Of a stretch of 24,471 bases of DNA, positions 1-6,091 are shown in pieces; within the stretch, counting starts at the first letter, position 1; the number at the start of each line of letters is the position of its first letter. The stretch lies in the IMG/VR virus record IMGVR_UViG_3300031949_000149, positions 1 through 24,471 of that record. One strand, written 5' to 3'. The notes beneath the pieces are model-generated. The model made no database searches. It was not told where the DNA came from and saw only the letters and a list, made by a program, of their open reading frames with translations. Position numbers and translations under genes: made by a program. This DNA is from a virus. Taxonomy: Duplodnaviria > Caudoviricetes.

Positions 1-1
1 A

Positions 2-373
2 AGCACGCCTAACCCCGTGGGCGTCGATCAGGCGCTGGGCCTCGCCGTGGGGAAGGTGCAGTAGGTAGAACAGGCGCCTTGGAGAGATAGAAACCACGAG
101 TCGCTCCAGTGCGGCCCGGATCTGCGCCTGGGAGAGGTTCGTGTACTCGTACTCGCGGTCATCGTCGTCCTCATCGAGGGCTGCGGCAAGACGCCACAGA
201 AGCTGCAAGCCGGGCAGATCGCCCTCTCCCGTGATCTGGGAGATCCGCTGAGACTTGACCCGTACCTGCTTCGCTAGCTCGCCCGTCTTGAGGCCGCGCT
301 CGCGCATGGTCTTGAGGACCCAGGAGCGGATCCAGGATCGATCGTAGATGCTGGCGTCTCGCTCGCGTGCCAC
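2..373 (-). CDS. XRE-family HTH repressor (CI-like), 3' end outside the window
   Basis: Not in the ORF track; translated by hand from GTG 373: MARERDASIYDRSWIRSWVLKTMRERGLKTGELAKQVRVKSQRISQITGEGDLPGLQLLWRLAAALDEDDDDREYEY..., open to the window edge. HTH_3-like pattern, GGAGG RBS upstream, divergent from a second XRE gene. Confidence 0.8.
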   Translation of the reverse strand, partial: MARERDASIYDRSWIRSWVLKTMRERGLKTGELAKQVRVKSQRISQITGEGDLPGLQLLWRLAAALDEDDDDREYEYTNLSQAQIRAALERLVVSISPRRLFYLLHLPHGEAQRLIDAHGVRRA

Positions 374-441
374 CGGAAAGCACCCTCCGTTGGCCCGTGT
401 AACCCGTGCTGACGATGCGTCAATACGGACCTTGAGCGGAT

Positions 442-502
442 GAAAGGCTCTCTTTCCGATCGTGCTTGCCATGTTGCCTGCGTTCTCGTAAGGTGCCTTT
501 AC
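442..502. promoter_or_regulatory. Putative rightward promoter and operator sites of the immunity switch
   Basis: TTGCCA (466-471), 17 nt spacer, TAAGGT (489-494). Two related 15-bp quasi-palindromes, GAAAGGCTCTCTTTC (442-456) and GTAAGGTGCCTTTAC (488-502); the second overlaps the -10. Confidence 0.5.
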
Positions 503-504
503 CG

Positions 505-780
505 ATGGCGAAGAACGGCAGGCACCCCCTTCAAGAGCTTCGAGAGGCGGTCGGACTCGGCAAGGAAGAGTTCGCCGGCCGGATCGGCTGCACGCGCGCG
601 TTCATCGCGATGGTCGAGAGCCAGCGGCCCGCGACGAACCTAGGCCGCGCTACGGTGCTCAGCATCGTCGATGTCTTCCGCGACGATCTGAACCGGCTCG
701 GCATCACGGCCGAGGATCTGCTGCGCGGCACCAGAGAGCGCGTCACCGACGGCGGAGAAGCCGGCGAGGCCGTGGCGTGA
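505..780 (+). CDS. Cro-like XRE HTH regulator
   Basis: MAKNGRHPLQELREAVGLGKEEFAGRIGCTRAFIAMVES matches the XRE HTH pattern; divergent from the repressor. ATG 505 is preferred over TTG 466. Confidence 0.8.
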   Translation: MAKNGRHPLQELREAVGLGKEEFAGRIGCTRAFIAMVESQRPATNLGRATVLSIVDVFRDDLNRLGITAEDLLRGTRERVTDGGEAGEAVA

Positions 781-784
781 GCGC

Positions 785-997
785 CTACGGCAGCGCCGCA
801 ATCCTCTCGACCGCCACCGCCGCCACGAGCCCGGCGAGGAGCCAAGTCCGCACCAGCGGCGCCAGCGCGTCGCGCCAGCGCAGCGGCGAGCCCGAGCGCC
901 TGTACCCGATGGCGATCGCCGCGAAGGCGAGCGTCTCGCGGGCGACGAGGGCCAGGGCGAGGGCGAGCAGCAGCTTCCAGAGCAGGGTGGGGGGCAT
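785..997 (-). CDS. Small membrane protein (about 2 TM segments)
   Basis: Hydrophobic stretches LLWKLLLALALALVA and WLLAGLVAAVAV; ATG immediately follows the TAG of the upstream ORF. Confidence 0.6.
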   Translation of the reverse strand: MPPTLLWKLLLALALALVARETLAFAAIAIGYRRSGSPLRWRDALAPLVRTWLLAGLVAAVAVERIAALP

Positions 998-1114
998 CTA
1001 CGGCCCCAGCTCCACCACGATCCGCTCGCTCTCGGCCAGGGCGAGCACCACGGCCCCGCCGGCAATGAGCAGGGCGAGCAGGGCTCCGATCAGCAGGGAC
1101 AGCTTCGGGCTCAC
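998..1114 (-). CDS. 38-aa single-TM peptide
   Basis: Hand translation MSPKLSLLIGALLALLIAGGAVVLALAESERIVVELGP*; GAGGA RBS before the GTG; stop abuts the next start (TAGATG). Confidence 0.55.
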   Translation of the reverse strand: MSPKLSLLIGALLALLIAGGAVVLALAESERIVVELGP

Positions 1115-1216
1115 GGTGGGTTCCTCGCACGTTCGGGCTCTCCGCGTACCCCTCGTTTGGGGTGTGGGTGAAAACACCTATCACGGACCGATGCGCAAGT
1201 GCAAGAGCGTTCGCAC

Positions 1217-1435
1217 ATGACCGATCTCGACCGCATCCGCGCCGAGGCCCGCATTGCCGAGGCGGCCGAGCTGCGCGAGCTGCTGGCCGCGGCCGGCGGC
1301 AACGTGGCGCAGACCGCGCGCCTGCTCAGCGCCAAGCGGCGCGAACGAAACGGGCTCTACGCGAAGCCGTGTAGCCGGGCCCAGGTGCTGCGGCTCATGG
1401 ACCGCCACGGCATCAGCCGGCCGAGGAAGGCATGA
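1217..1435 (+). CDS. Fis-type HTH protein
   Basis: ELLAAAGGNVAQTARLL...SRAQVLRLMDRHGI resembles the Fis/NtrC C-terminal HTH (GN..AAR.L...R..L...M.+.GI), with an insertion in the turn; ATGA coupling to the next gene. Confidence 0.65.
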   Translation: MTDLDRIRAEARIAEAAELRELLAAAGGNVAQTARLLSAKRRERNGLYAKPCSRAQVLRLMDRHGISRPRKA

Positions 1436-1761
1436 CTGCCTGGGATGCGCTGGCCATCGAGGCCGTGCTCATTAACGCCACCGTCGGTGCGGGACTGATC
1501 TCCTGTGGCCTGATCGTGCTGCGCCGTCGTCTAGCCAGCAACGCCGACGCTGAGCGCACGATTGATGACGTGTGCCAGCGCGTCGCAAGTCGCCCCTGGG
1601 CTGGTCCGGAGAACCAGCACCAGGACGGCGCAGGGGCGGCCTCGGCAGATGCCGGGACCACTGCCCCGCGCCGCGTGGTGGATCTCGGCAGGACAGAGGG
1701 CAAGACAGTTGGCCCGCGCGAGCCGGACAAGCCGCCGCCGTGGGCGAAGTCGCTCGATTGA
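1432..1761 (+). CDS. Hypothetical protein with N-terminal TM segment
   Basis: ATGA overlap, GGAAGG RBS, hydrophobic AVLINATVGAGLISCGLIVL followed by RRR. Confidence 0.6.
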   Translation: MTAWDALAIEAVLINATVGAGLISCGLIVLRRRLASNADAERTIDDVCQRVASRPWAGPENQHQDGAGAASADAGTTAPRRVVDLGRTEGKTVGPREPDKPPPWAKSLD

Positions 1762-1791
1762 AACGCCCGCCGCGCGCGGGCAAGGAGAGGC

Positions 1792-2208
1792 ATGATGGGG
1801 AAGAGCAAGAAGGCGGCACCCGAGCCGCGCCGGTTCACCGAGACGCTCGCGGTGCAGCTCACCGTCGAGGAGATCGCGGCCTACGCCGACATGGCGGCGC
1901 GGATCGCAGCCGACGCGGACGCGCGCGAGGAAGGGCGCGCGTCGCAGAACAAGGCCGAGCGCGACGGCATCGAGCTGATGCAGGGCCAGGTGCGCGACTA
2001 CCTGCGCCGCGTCCGCGAGAAGCGCGACTACCGGCCCGTGGACTGCGAGGAGACGATGGACTGGGCACGGAACGCCGTGCGCGTCTTCCGCACGGACACG
2101 GAGGAGCTGGTGCGCGAGCGCGCGATGACGACCGAGGAGCGGCAGCAGCGGCTGTTCGAGCTGCCGCAGAAGGAAGGCGAGGGCGAGGGCGCGGGCGCCG
2201 GCGTCTAG
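1792..2208 (+). CDS. Hypothetical phage protein
   Basis: AAGGAGAGG RBS, codon usage typical of the element, 138 aa. Confidence 0.8.
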   Translation: MMGKSKKAAPEPRRFTETLAVQLTVEEIAAYADMAARIAADADAREEGRASQNKAERDGIELMQGQVRDYLRRVREKRDYRPVDCEETMDWARNAVRVFRTDTEELVRERAMTTEERQQRLFELPQKEGEGEGAGAGV

Positions 2209-2219
2209 CAAGCTACGAG

Positions 2220-2278
2220 CTGCCGGCAACGGCAGAGCGGAGCGGGCGTCGGCTACCCCCGTGGTCGGCGCCCGCTCC
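2220..2278 (+). promoter_or_regulatory. Intergenic two-hairpin RNA structure
   Basis: CTGCCG-GCAA-CGGCAG (2220-2235) and an 18-bp stem 2239-2256/2261-2278 with three G-U pairs; no U-tract follows. Confidence 0.6.
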
Positions 2279-2299
2279 CAACGTCGAGTGGGGGTGAGG

Positions 2300-2566
2300 A
2301 TGGACAGCGCGCAGCAGGCGCAGGCGGCGGCACCGTCGAGTGTGCCCGGTGCCGCCGCTTCGGCTTCGGAGATGACGCTGGCCGAAGTTAAAGAGAAGCT
2401 CGACTCCGCCAACCGCAGCTTCGCGATGGCGCCGAGCCTCTACGAACGCTTCGGCCACGATTCAGCCGATCGGGCCCGCGACAAGGGCTGGGCTCTGCTG
2501 CGTGAGGTGCTGGAGGCACATCCGTGGAAGCCCAGGCGGGTGCCAAAGCGGAGGCCGAAGCCGTGA
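2300..2566 (+). CDS. Hypothetical protein
   Basis: ATG 2300 after GGGGGTGAGG; GTGA overlap with rusA. Confidence 0.6.
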   Translation: MDSAQQAQAAAPSSVPGAAASASEMTLAEVKEKLDSANRSFAMAPSLYERFGHDSADRARDKGWALLREVLEAHPWKPRRVPKRRPKP

Positions 2567-2991
2567 GCGCAGAGCCTCTCGCACCGACGGTGTGGACTCG
2601 CTACGCGATTACCGCCGTTGCCAAGCCGCGCATGACGCAGCGCGATCAGTGGGCGAAGCGGCCCGCAGTCGCGCGCTACTGGACCTACAAGGCGAAGCTC
2701 AAGGCGATCGTGGCGACGCTGCCCGAGCACGCGCACATCGTGTTCGTCTTCCCGATGCCGGCGAGCTGGAGCGGGAAGAAGTGCGCCGCTCACCACATGC
2801 AGAAGCACACGTCTCGCCCGGACGTGGACAACCTCCACAAAGGGCTGCTCGACGCGCTCTACGTCGAGGACTCGTTCGTCTGGGATGCGCGGGTGACGAA
2901 GGTGTGGGGGCCGGCTGGGGCGATCTACGTGCGGGCCATGGCGCCGCCGGAGCTGCCTTCGCCGCTGCTGGTGACGGGGAGGGGGGCGTAG
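2563..2991 (+). CDS. rusA: RusA-family Holliday junction resolvase
   Basis: KPRMTQRDQWAKRPAV N-terminal motif and catalytic PDVDNLHKGLLDAL..ED motif. Confidence 0.9.
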   Translation: MSAEPLAPTVWTRYAITAVAKPRMTQRDQWAKRPAVARYWTYKAKLKAIVATLPEHAHIVFVFPMPASWSGKKCAAHHMQKHTSRPDVDNLHKGLLDALYVEDSFVWDARVTKVWGPAGAIYVRAMAPPELPSPLLVTGRGA

Positions 2992-3330
2992 ATGGCGACA
3001 GTAACCATCGCGACCAGAAGCGGTCCGAAAGACATAGAGGCGTTCGCTTCCGAAACGACCGGTCTGGTCGTTCACCGCGGAGTCGCGCCCGCGAGCCCGC
3101 GTGACAAGTGGTGGACGGTCACGCACACGAGCAGCGGCCTCGCGATCGCACACTTCGCCACGAAACGGAGTGCGCTCGACTTCGCGGATGAACTAGAGGG
3201 CCTCGCGGACTGGACGGGACAGCGTGAGTCGTTTCGCGGGGACCTTGCGCACCGGGTCGGCGCGCTGCTTGCGTTCGCAGACCGTCGCGTCCTGCTGAAA
3301 TCAGTCGATGCACCGTCGGCGCAGCCGTGA
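2992..3330 (+). CDS. Hypothetical phage protein
   Basis: Abuts the rusA stop (TAGATG), GGAGG RBS; WTVTHTSSGLAI strand motif. Confidence 0.7.
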   Translation: MATVTIATRSGPKDIEAFASETTGLVVHRGVAPASPRDKWWTVTHTSSGLAIAHFATKRSALDFADELEGLADWTGQRESFRGDLAHRVGALLAFADRRVLLKSVDAPSAQP

Positions 3331-3455
3331 CCTCCGCCCCCGGCACGCAGCAGTGGTGCGAGAGATGCAGGCACCACTGGCGCCTCATCAAGCCCGGCGA
3401 GGGGCCGATGGTGCAGTTGGTGTGCCAGACGTGTGCGGGGCGGAGGAGCGCGTAG
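3327..3455 (+). CDS. 42-aa Zn-ribbon protein
   Basis: Hand translation MTSAPGTQQWCERCRHHWRLIKPGEGPMVQLVCQTCAGRRSA*; two CxxC motifs; overlaps both neighbours and fills the gap exactly. Confidence 0.65.
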   Translation: MTSAPGTQQWCERCRHHWRLIKPGEGPMVQLVCQTCAGRRSA

Positions 3456-4384
3456 TGCCGAGCCGAGTCATCCGCGGGGAGATCAACGCCAGCCACTCGC
3501 TCTCGCGGGTCTCGCTTGAAGCCGACCTCACCTTCCGCGCGCTGATCGTGGCCGTGGACGATTACGGGCGCATGGAGGCGGACCCGTTGATGCTGAAAGC
3601 CGCACTGTTCCCGAGGCGCGAGAGCATCAAACCGGCCAAGGTGCGCGAGTGGGTCGAGGAGCTGGCCGAGGAAGGATGCGTCGTTCTCTACCGCGTTTGC
3701 GGAGTCGAGTATCTCGGGCTGACAGGGTGGGAAACCCACAGGGGCAAGACGAACCGGGCCAAAGTCAGCCGCTTCCCGGATCCCCAGGATGCAATTGGAC
3801 CCTCAATAGAGTCTCCCGGAGATTCCCGTGATCTCCCGGAATCTCCCTCCGAGAGTAGGAGTCGAGAGATGGAGTCGAGAGGAGGAGGTGCGCCGCCGGG
3901 CGCACCCGCTCGCTCCGCTCGCGTCTCGAAGACGCCGCCTCCGAACGATCTGCCGGACGAAGAGAAGAAGGCTTTGGAAGCGTGGACCCGAGAGAAGCTC
4001 TCGCGGTACGATCTCGTTCCTCGCCTTCCGAGCCTGGTGGATGCGTGCCTCACGCACTTTCGCGCGAAGGGCGAGGCGCGGGCGAGCTGGTACGCGACGT
4101 GCCAGACGTGGGTGAGAAACGAAGCCGAGGGCCGCTTCGCGCCGCGCGGCAATCATCCGCAGAGTGCTGGTCGTTCGCCGCCCTCCGCCGGCTCCCTCGC
4201 CGAGCGTCGCGAGCGCGCGAAGCACCTCTACGCCGTCAAGACGCTGCTACCCGACGACACGCTGGAGGCGCTGGCCGAGTGGGAGGCGAAGGGCTCGCCC
4301 CAGGTGCGCGGCTGGTGGCTGCCCGAAGCCGAGCGCGTGCGCATCGGGGTGCAGCGCGGGCGGAAGGAGGCTCTGCCGTTTTGA
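3455..4384 (+). CDS. Phage replication initiator (lambda O / replisome-organiser-like)
   Basis: GTG 3455 after GGAGGAG. N-terminal wHTH pattern (SRVIR..I..S..LSRVS..A.LTF..LIVAVDDYGRMEADP), low-complexity linker carrying DNA repeats, C-terminal HF.AKG..RASW.AT..TWVRN domain. Confidence 0.8.
   Translation: MPSRVIRGEINASHSLSRVSLEADLTFRALIVAVDDYGRMEADPLMLKAALFPRRESIKPAKVREWVEELAEEGCVVLYRVCGVEYLGLTGWETHRGKTNRAKVSRFPDPQDAIGPSIESPGDSRDLPESPSESRSREMESRGGGAPPGAPARSARVSKTPPPNDLPDEEKKALEAWTREKLSRYDLVPRLPSLVDACLTHFRAKGEARASWYATCQTWVRNEAEGRFAPRGNHPQSAGRSPPSAGSLAERRERAKHLYAVKTLLPDDTLEALAEWEAKGSPQVRGWWLPEAERVRIGVQRGRKEALPF
3771..3890. repeat. Iteron-like repeats, putative replication origin
   Basis: 10-bp phased units gcttcccgga (3771), gtctcccgga (3811), gattcccgtg (3821), atctcccgga (3831), atctccctcc (3841), then ggagtcgagag twice (3858, 3871) in a purine-rich tract. 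Confidence 0.6.
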
Positions 4385-4833
4385 CCGACCCGGTCACCAC
4401 CCTCGTCCGCCGTCGCGTCGAACGCCTGATCGCGCTCGCCGACGTGGTGCGCGCGAGCGACGGGCTGAGCGCAACCAGCGCCGCCGCAGCCGCCGGTCTC
4501 GGTTTGCGTGCGCACGCCTTTCGCTGGATGGAGCGTCTCCAGGCGCTCGGCGTTGTGCGGCGGCGTGGCAAGCGCGACCAGACGCTGTGGTCCATGACGG
4601 CGCTCGGGCGCGACAGGAGGCGGACGCTTCGGAGGATTGGTGACACGGGCGCTACGGCGGCAGTGCCCCACGGAGGGTGCCGCGCCGGGCCTATGCGCCG
4701 CGAAAGCAGCGCCGGGAGGGCAGCGAGCTATCTCGTGGCTGATCGTGCCCTCTACGGCAATCCTGCGATGATGCTGGTGAGCAACGGGGCGGCGCCGGGG
4801 GACGTGTTCGAGGACGAAGGGGACGAGTGGTGA
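4381..4833 (+). CDS. Winged-helix DNA-binding protein
   Basis: TTG start overlapping the previous stop, AAGGAGG RBS; GLSATSAAAAAGL...MERLQALGVVRRRG....LWSMT wHTH pattern. Confidence 0.6.
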   Translation: MTDPVTTLVRRRVERLIALADVVRASDGLSATSAAAAAGLGLRAHAFRWMERLQALGVVRRRGKRDQTLWSMTALGRDRRRTLRRIGDTGATAAVPHGGCRAGPMRRESSAGRAASYLVADRALYGNPAMMLVSNGAAPGDVFEDEGDEW

Positions 4834-5135
4834 TGGAATCGAAAGTGGAAACACCGCGGCTGCGGAGAGGGGGTCGGCCGAAGGGGCTACCGAGGACGGG
4901 TGGCCGGAAGAAGGGCACCCCGAACCACCTGACCAGCTCCGTCAAGCAAGCGCTGTTCGACTCGTTCTCGACGCTCGGCGGCAAGCGATGGCTGGTGCGT
5001 CTCGGGAAGGAGGACCCGCGCACGTTCGCCATGCTGCTCGGCCGCATCATCCCGACCGAGATCGGCGGCACGCTGGGACTTACACACGAGAACGCGCTCG
5101 CCGAGCTCGAGCGAGCAGCGAAAGGAGGAGGCTGA
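4833..5135 (+). CDS. Putative terminase small subunit
   Basis: GRPKGLPRTGGRKKGTPNHLT..VKQAL...F..LGG..WL..LGKEDPRTF..LLGRIIP resembles TerS-like proteins; lies upstream of TerL. Confidence 0.7.
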   Translation: MESKVETPRLRRGGRPKGLPRTGGRKKGTPNHLTSSVKQALFDSFSTLGGKRWLVRLGKEDPRTFAMLLGRIIPTEIGGTLGLTHENALAELERAAKGGG

Positions 5136-5413
5136 TGGTGGAAGGACAGAACGGCAGCGGGCGGGCCGAAGATCTGCTCGCCCGGCAGCTCGCGATGGTC
5201 CAGCACATGCGGAGCCTCGGCGCTGCCGCGATCTCGAACGTGGCGCAGCTCCTCGGCACAGACGGCCGCTTCGTGATCGTCATGCTCGCTGGTGTGGGCG
5301 GTGCGCAGACGATGTTTCACGGGATCTCGAAGGAGGCGGCTATCGAGGCGCTGCGCGAGGCGTATCAGGGCGCGAGCCTGGTACATCTGCCGCCGCCGGT
5401 GGGGAGCGCGTGA
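5135..5413 (+). CDS. Hypothetical protein
   Basis: TGATG coupling, GGAGGAGG RBS. Confidence 0.7.
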   Translation: MVEGQNGSGRAEDLLARQLAMVQHMRSLGAAAISNVAQLLGTDGRFVIVMLAGVGGAQTMFHGISKEAAIEALREAYQGASLVHLPPPVGSA

Positions 5414-5631
5414 CGGAGAACGAACGCAGGCTCGCCGAAGCGCTTGCGCGGCTACTCGAGAGCTGGTTCGAGACGATCGAGGGCGAATGGGGCTTCACGA
5501 AGCCGCAGCCTGTCGGCAGGCCCGTCTACGACGATGCAGTGTCGGCGCTCGAGACGGTTGGCGCGCGTGTTGAAATCGTACCTGGGGGCGGCGACTACCA
5601 TGACGACGGGCTGCGCGTGGTGCTGCCGTGA
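5410..5631 (+). CDS. Hypothetical protein
   Basis: GTGA overlaps at both ends, GGGGAG RBS. Confidence 0.65.
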   Translation: MTENERRLAEALARLLESWFETIEGEWGFTKPQPVGRPVYDDAVSALETVGARVEIVPGGGDYHDDGLRVVLP

Positions 5632-5804
5632 ACCCCGACCCCCGCGCCCTCCTCGCCGGCCTCGCGCGCCGCGGGGTTAGGGTGTTCCTCGTCGAGGACG
5701 AGACAAGCTTTTTCGTCGCCGCGGGCCCTTCGCATTTCCTCGAAGACGTGGACCGCATCGCGATCGTGTGGGCGAAGCGTGAGATCGTCGAGGCGCTGCG
5801 GTGA
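5628..5804 (+). CDS. 58-aa protein resembling the TubC_N (NRPS docking) alpha-beta-beta-alpha-alpha domain
   Basis: Hand translation MNPDPRALLAGLARRGVRVFLVEDETSFFVAAGPSHFLEDVDRIAIVWAKREIVEALR*; coupled to both neighbours. Confidence 0.55.
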   Translation: MNPDPRALLAGLARRGVRVFLVEDETSFFVAAGPSHFLEDVDRIAIVWAKREIVEALR

Positions 5805-6091
5805 TGGGCGCGGCTGGCCTCCAGCGTCGCGAGCAGGCGCTAGCCATGCGCATGTCCGGCGCGACGTTCGGGGTCATCGCGGAAGCTCTCGGGGTCTGCA
5901 CGGCACGGGCGCGAGATCTCGTCCAGGATGCGCACAAGCGGCTTGCCTCGGTGGATTGGTCCGTGTACGACATCGACCGCATTCTGCGGCTTGACCGACG
6001 CGGCTACTACGGGCTCACGCGTACCGACCAGGTGCGCCTTCGCGAGATCGCCCTGCGCTTCAACGATCGCTTGTCAGAGTTCTATGGATGA
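5804..6091 (+). CDS. HTH protein (sigma-70 region 4-like)
   Basis: RREQALAMRMSGATFGVIAEALGVCTARARDLVQDA HTH; overlaps the TerL start. Confidence 0.7.
   Translation: MGAAGLQRREQALAMRMSGATFGVIAEALGVCTARARDLVQDAHKRLASVDWSVYDIDRILRLDRRGYYGLTRTDQVRLREIALRFNDRLSEFYG

Noticed and set aside
225-243. Inverted repeat TCTCCC-GTGATCT-GGGAGA in the repressor gene, sharing TCCCGTGATCT with the origin region (3824-3834)
   Set aside because: Only an 11-bp match within coding DNA; plausible by chance.
171-383. 70-aa minus-strand ORF in the track
   Set aside because: It overlaps, in another frame, the XRE repressor frame starting at 373, which has the RBS and HTH pattern.
396-423. Possible leftward promoter TTGACG-16-TACACG for the repressor
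   Set aside because: Good -35, but short spacer and a -10 lacking the conserved final T; not supportable without TSS data.
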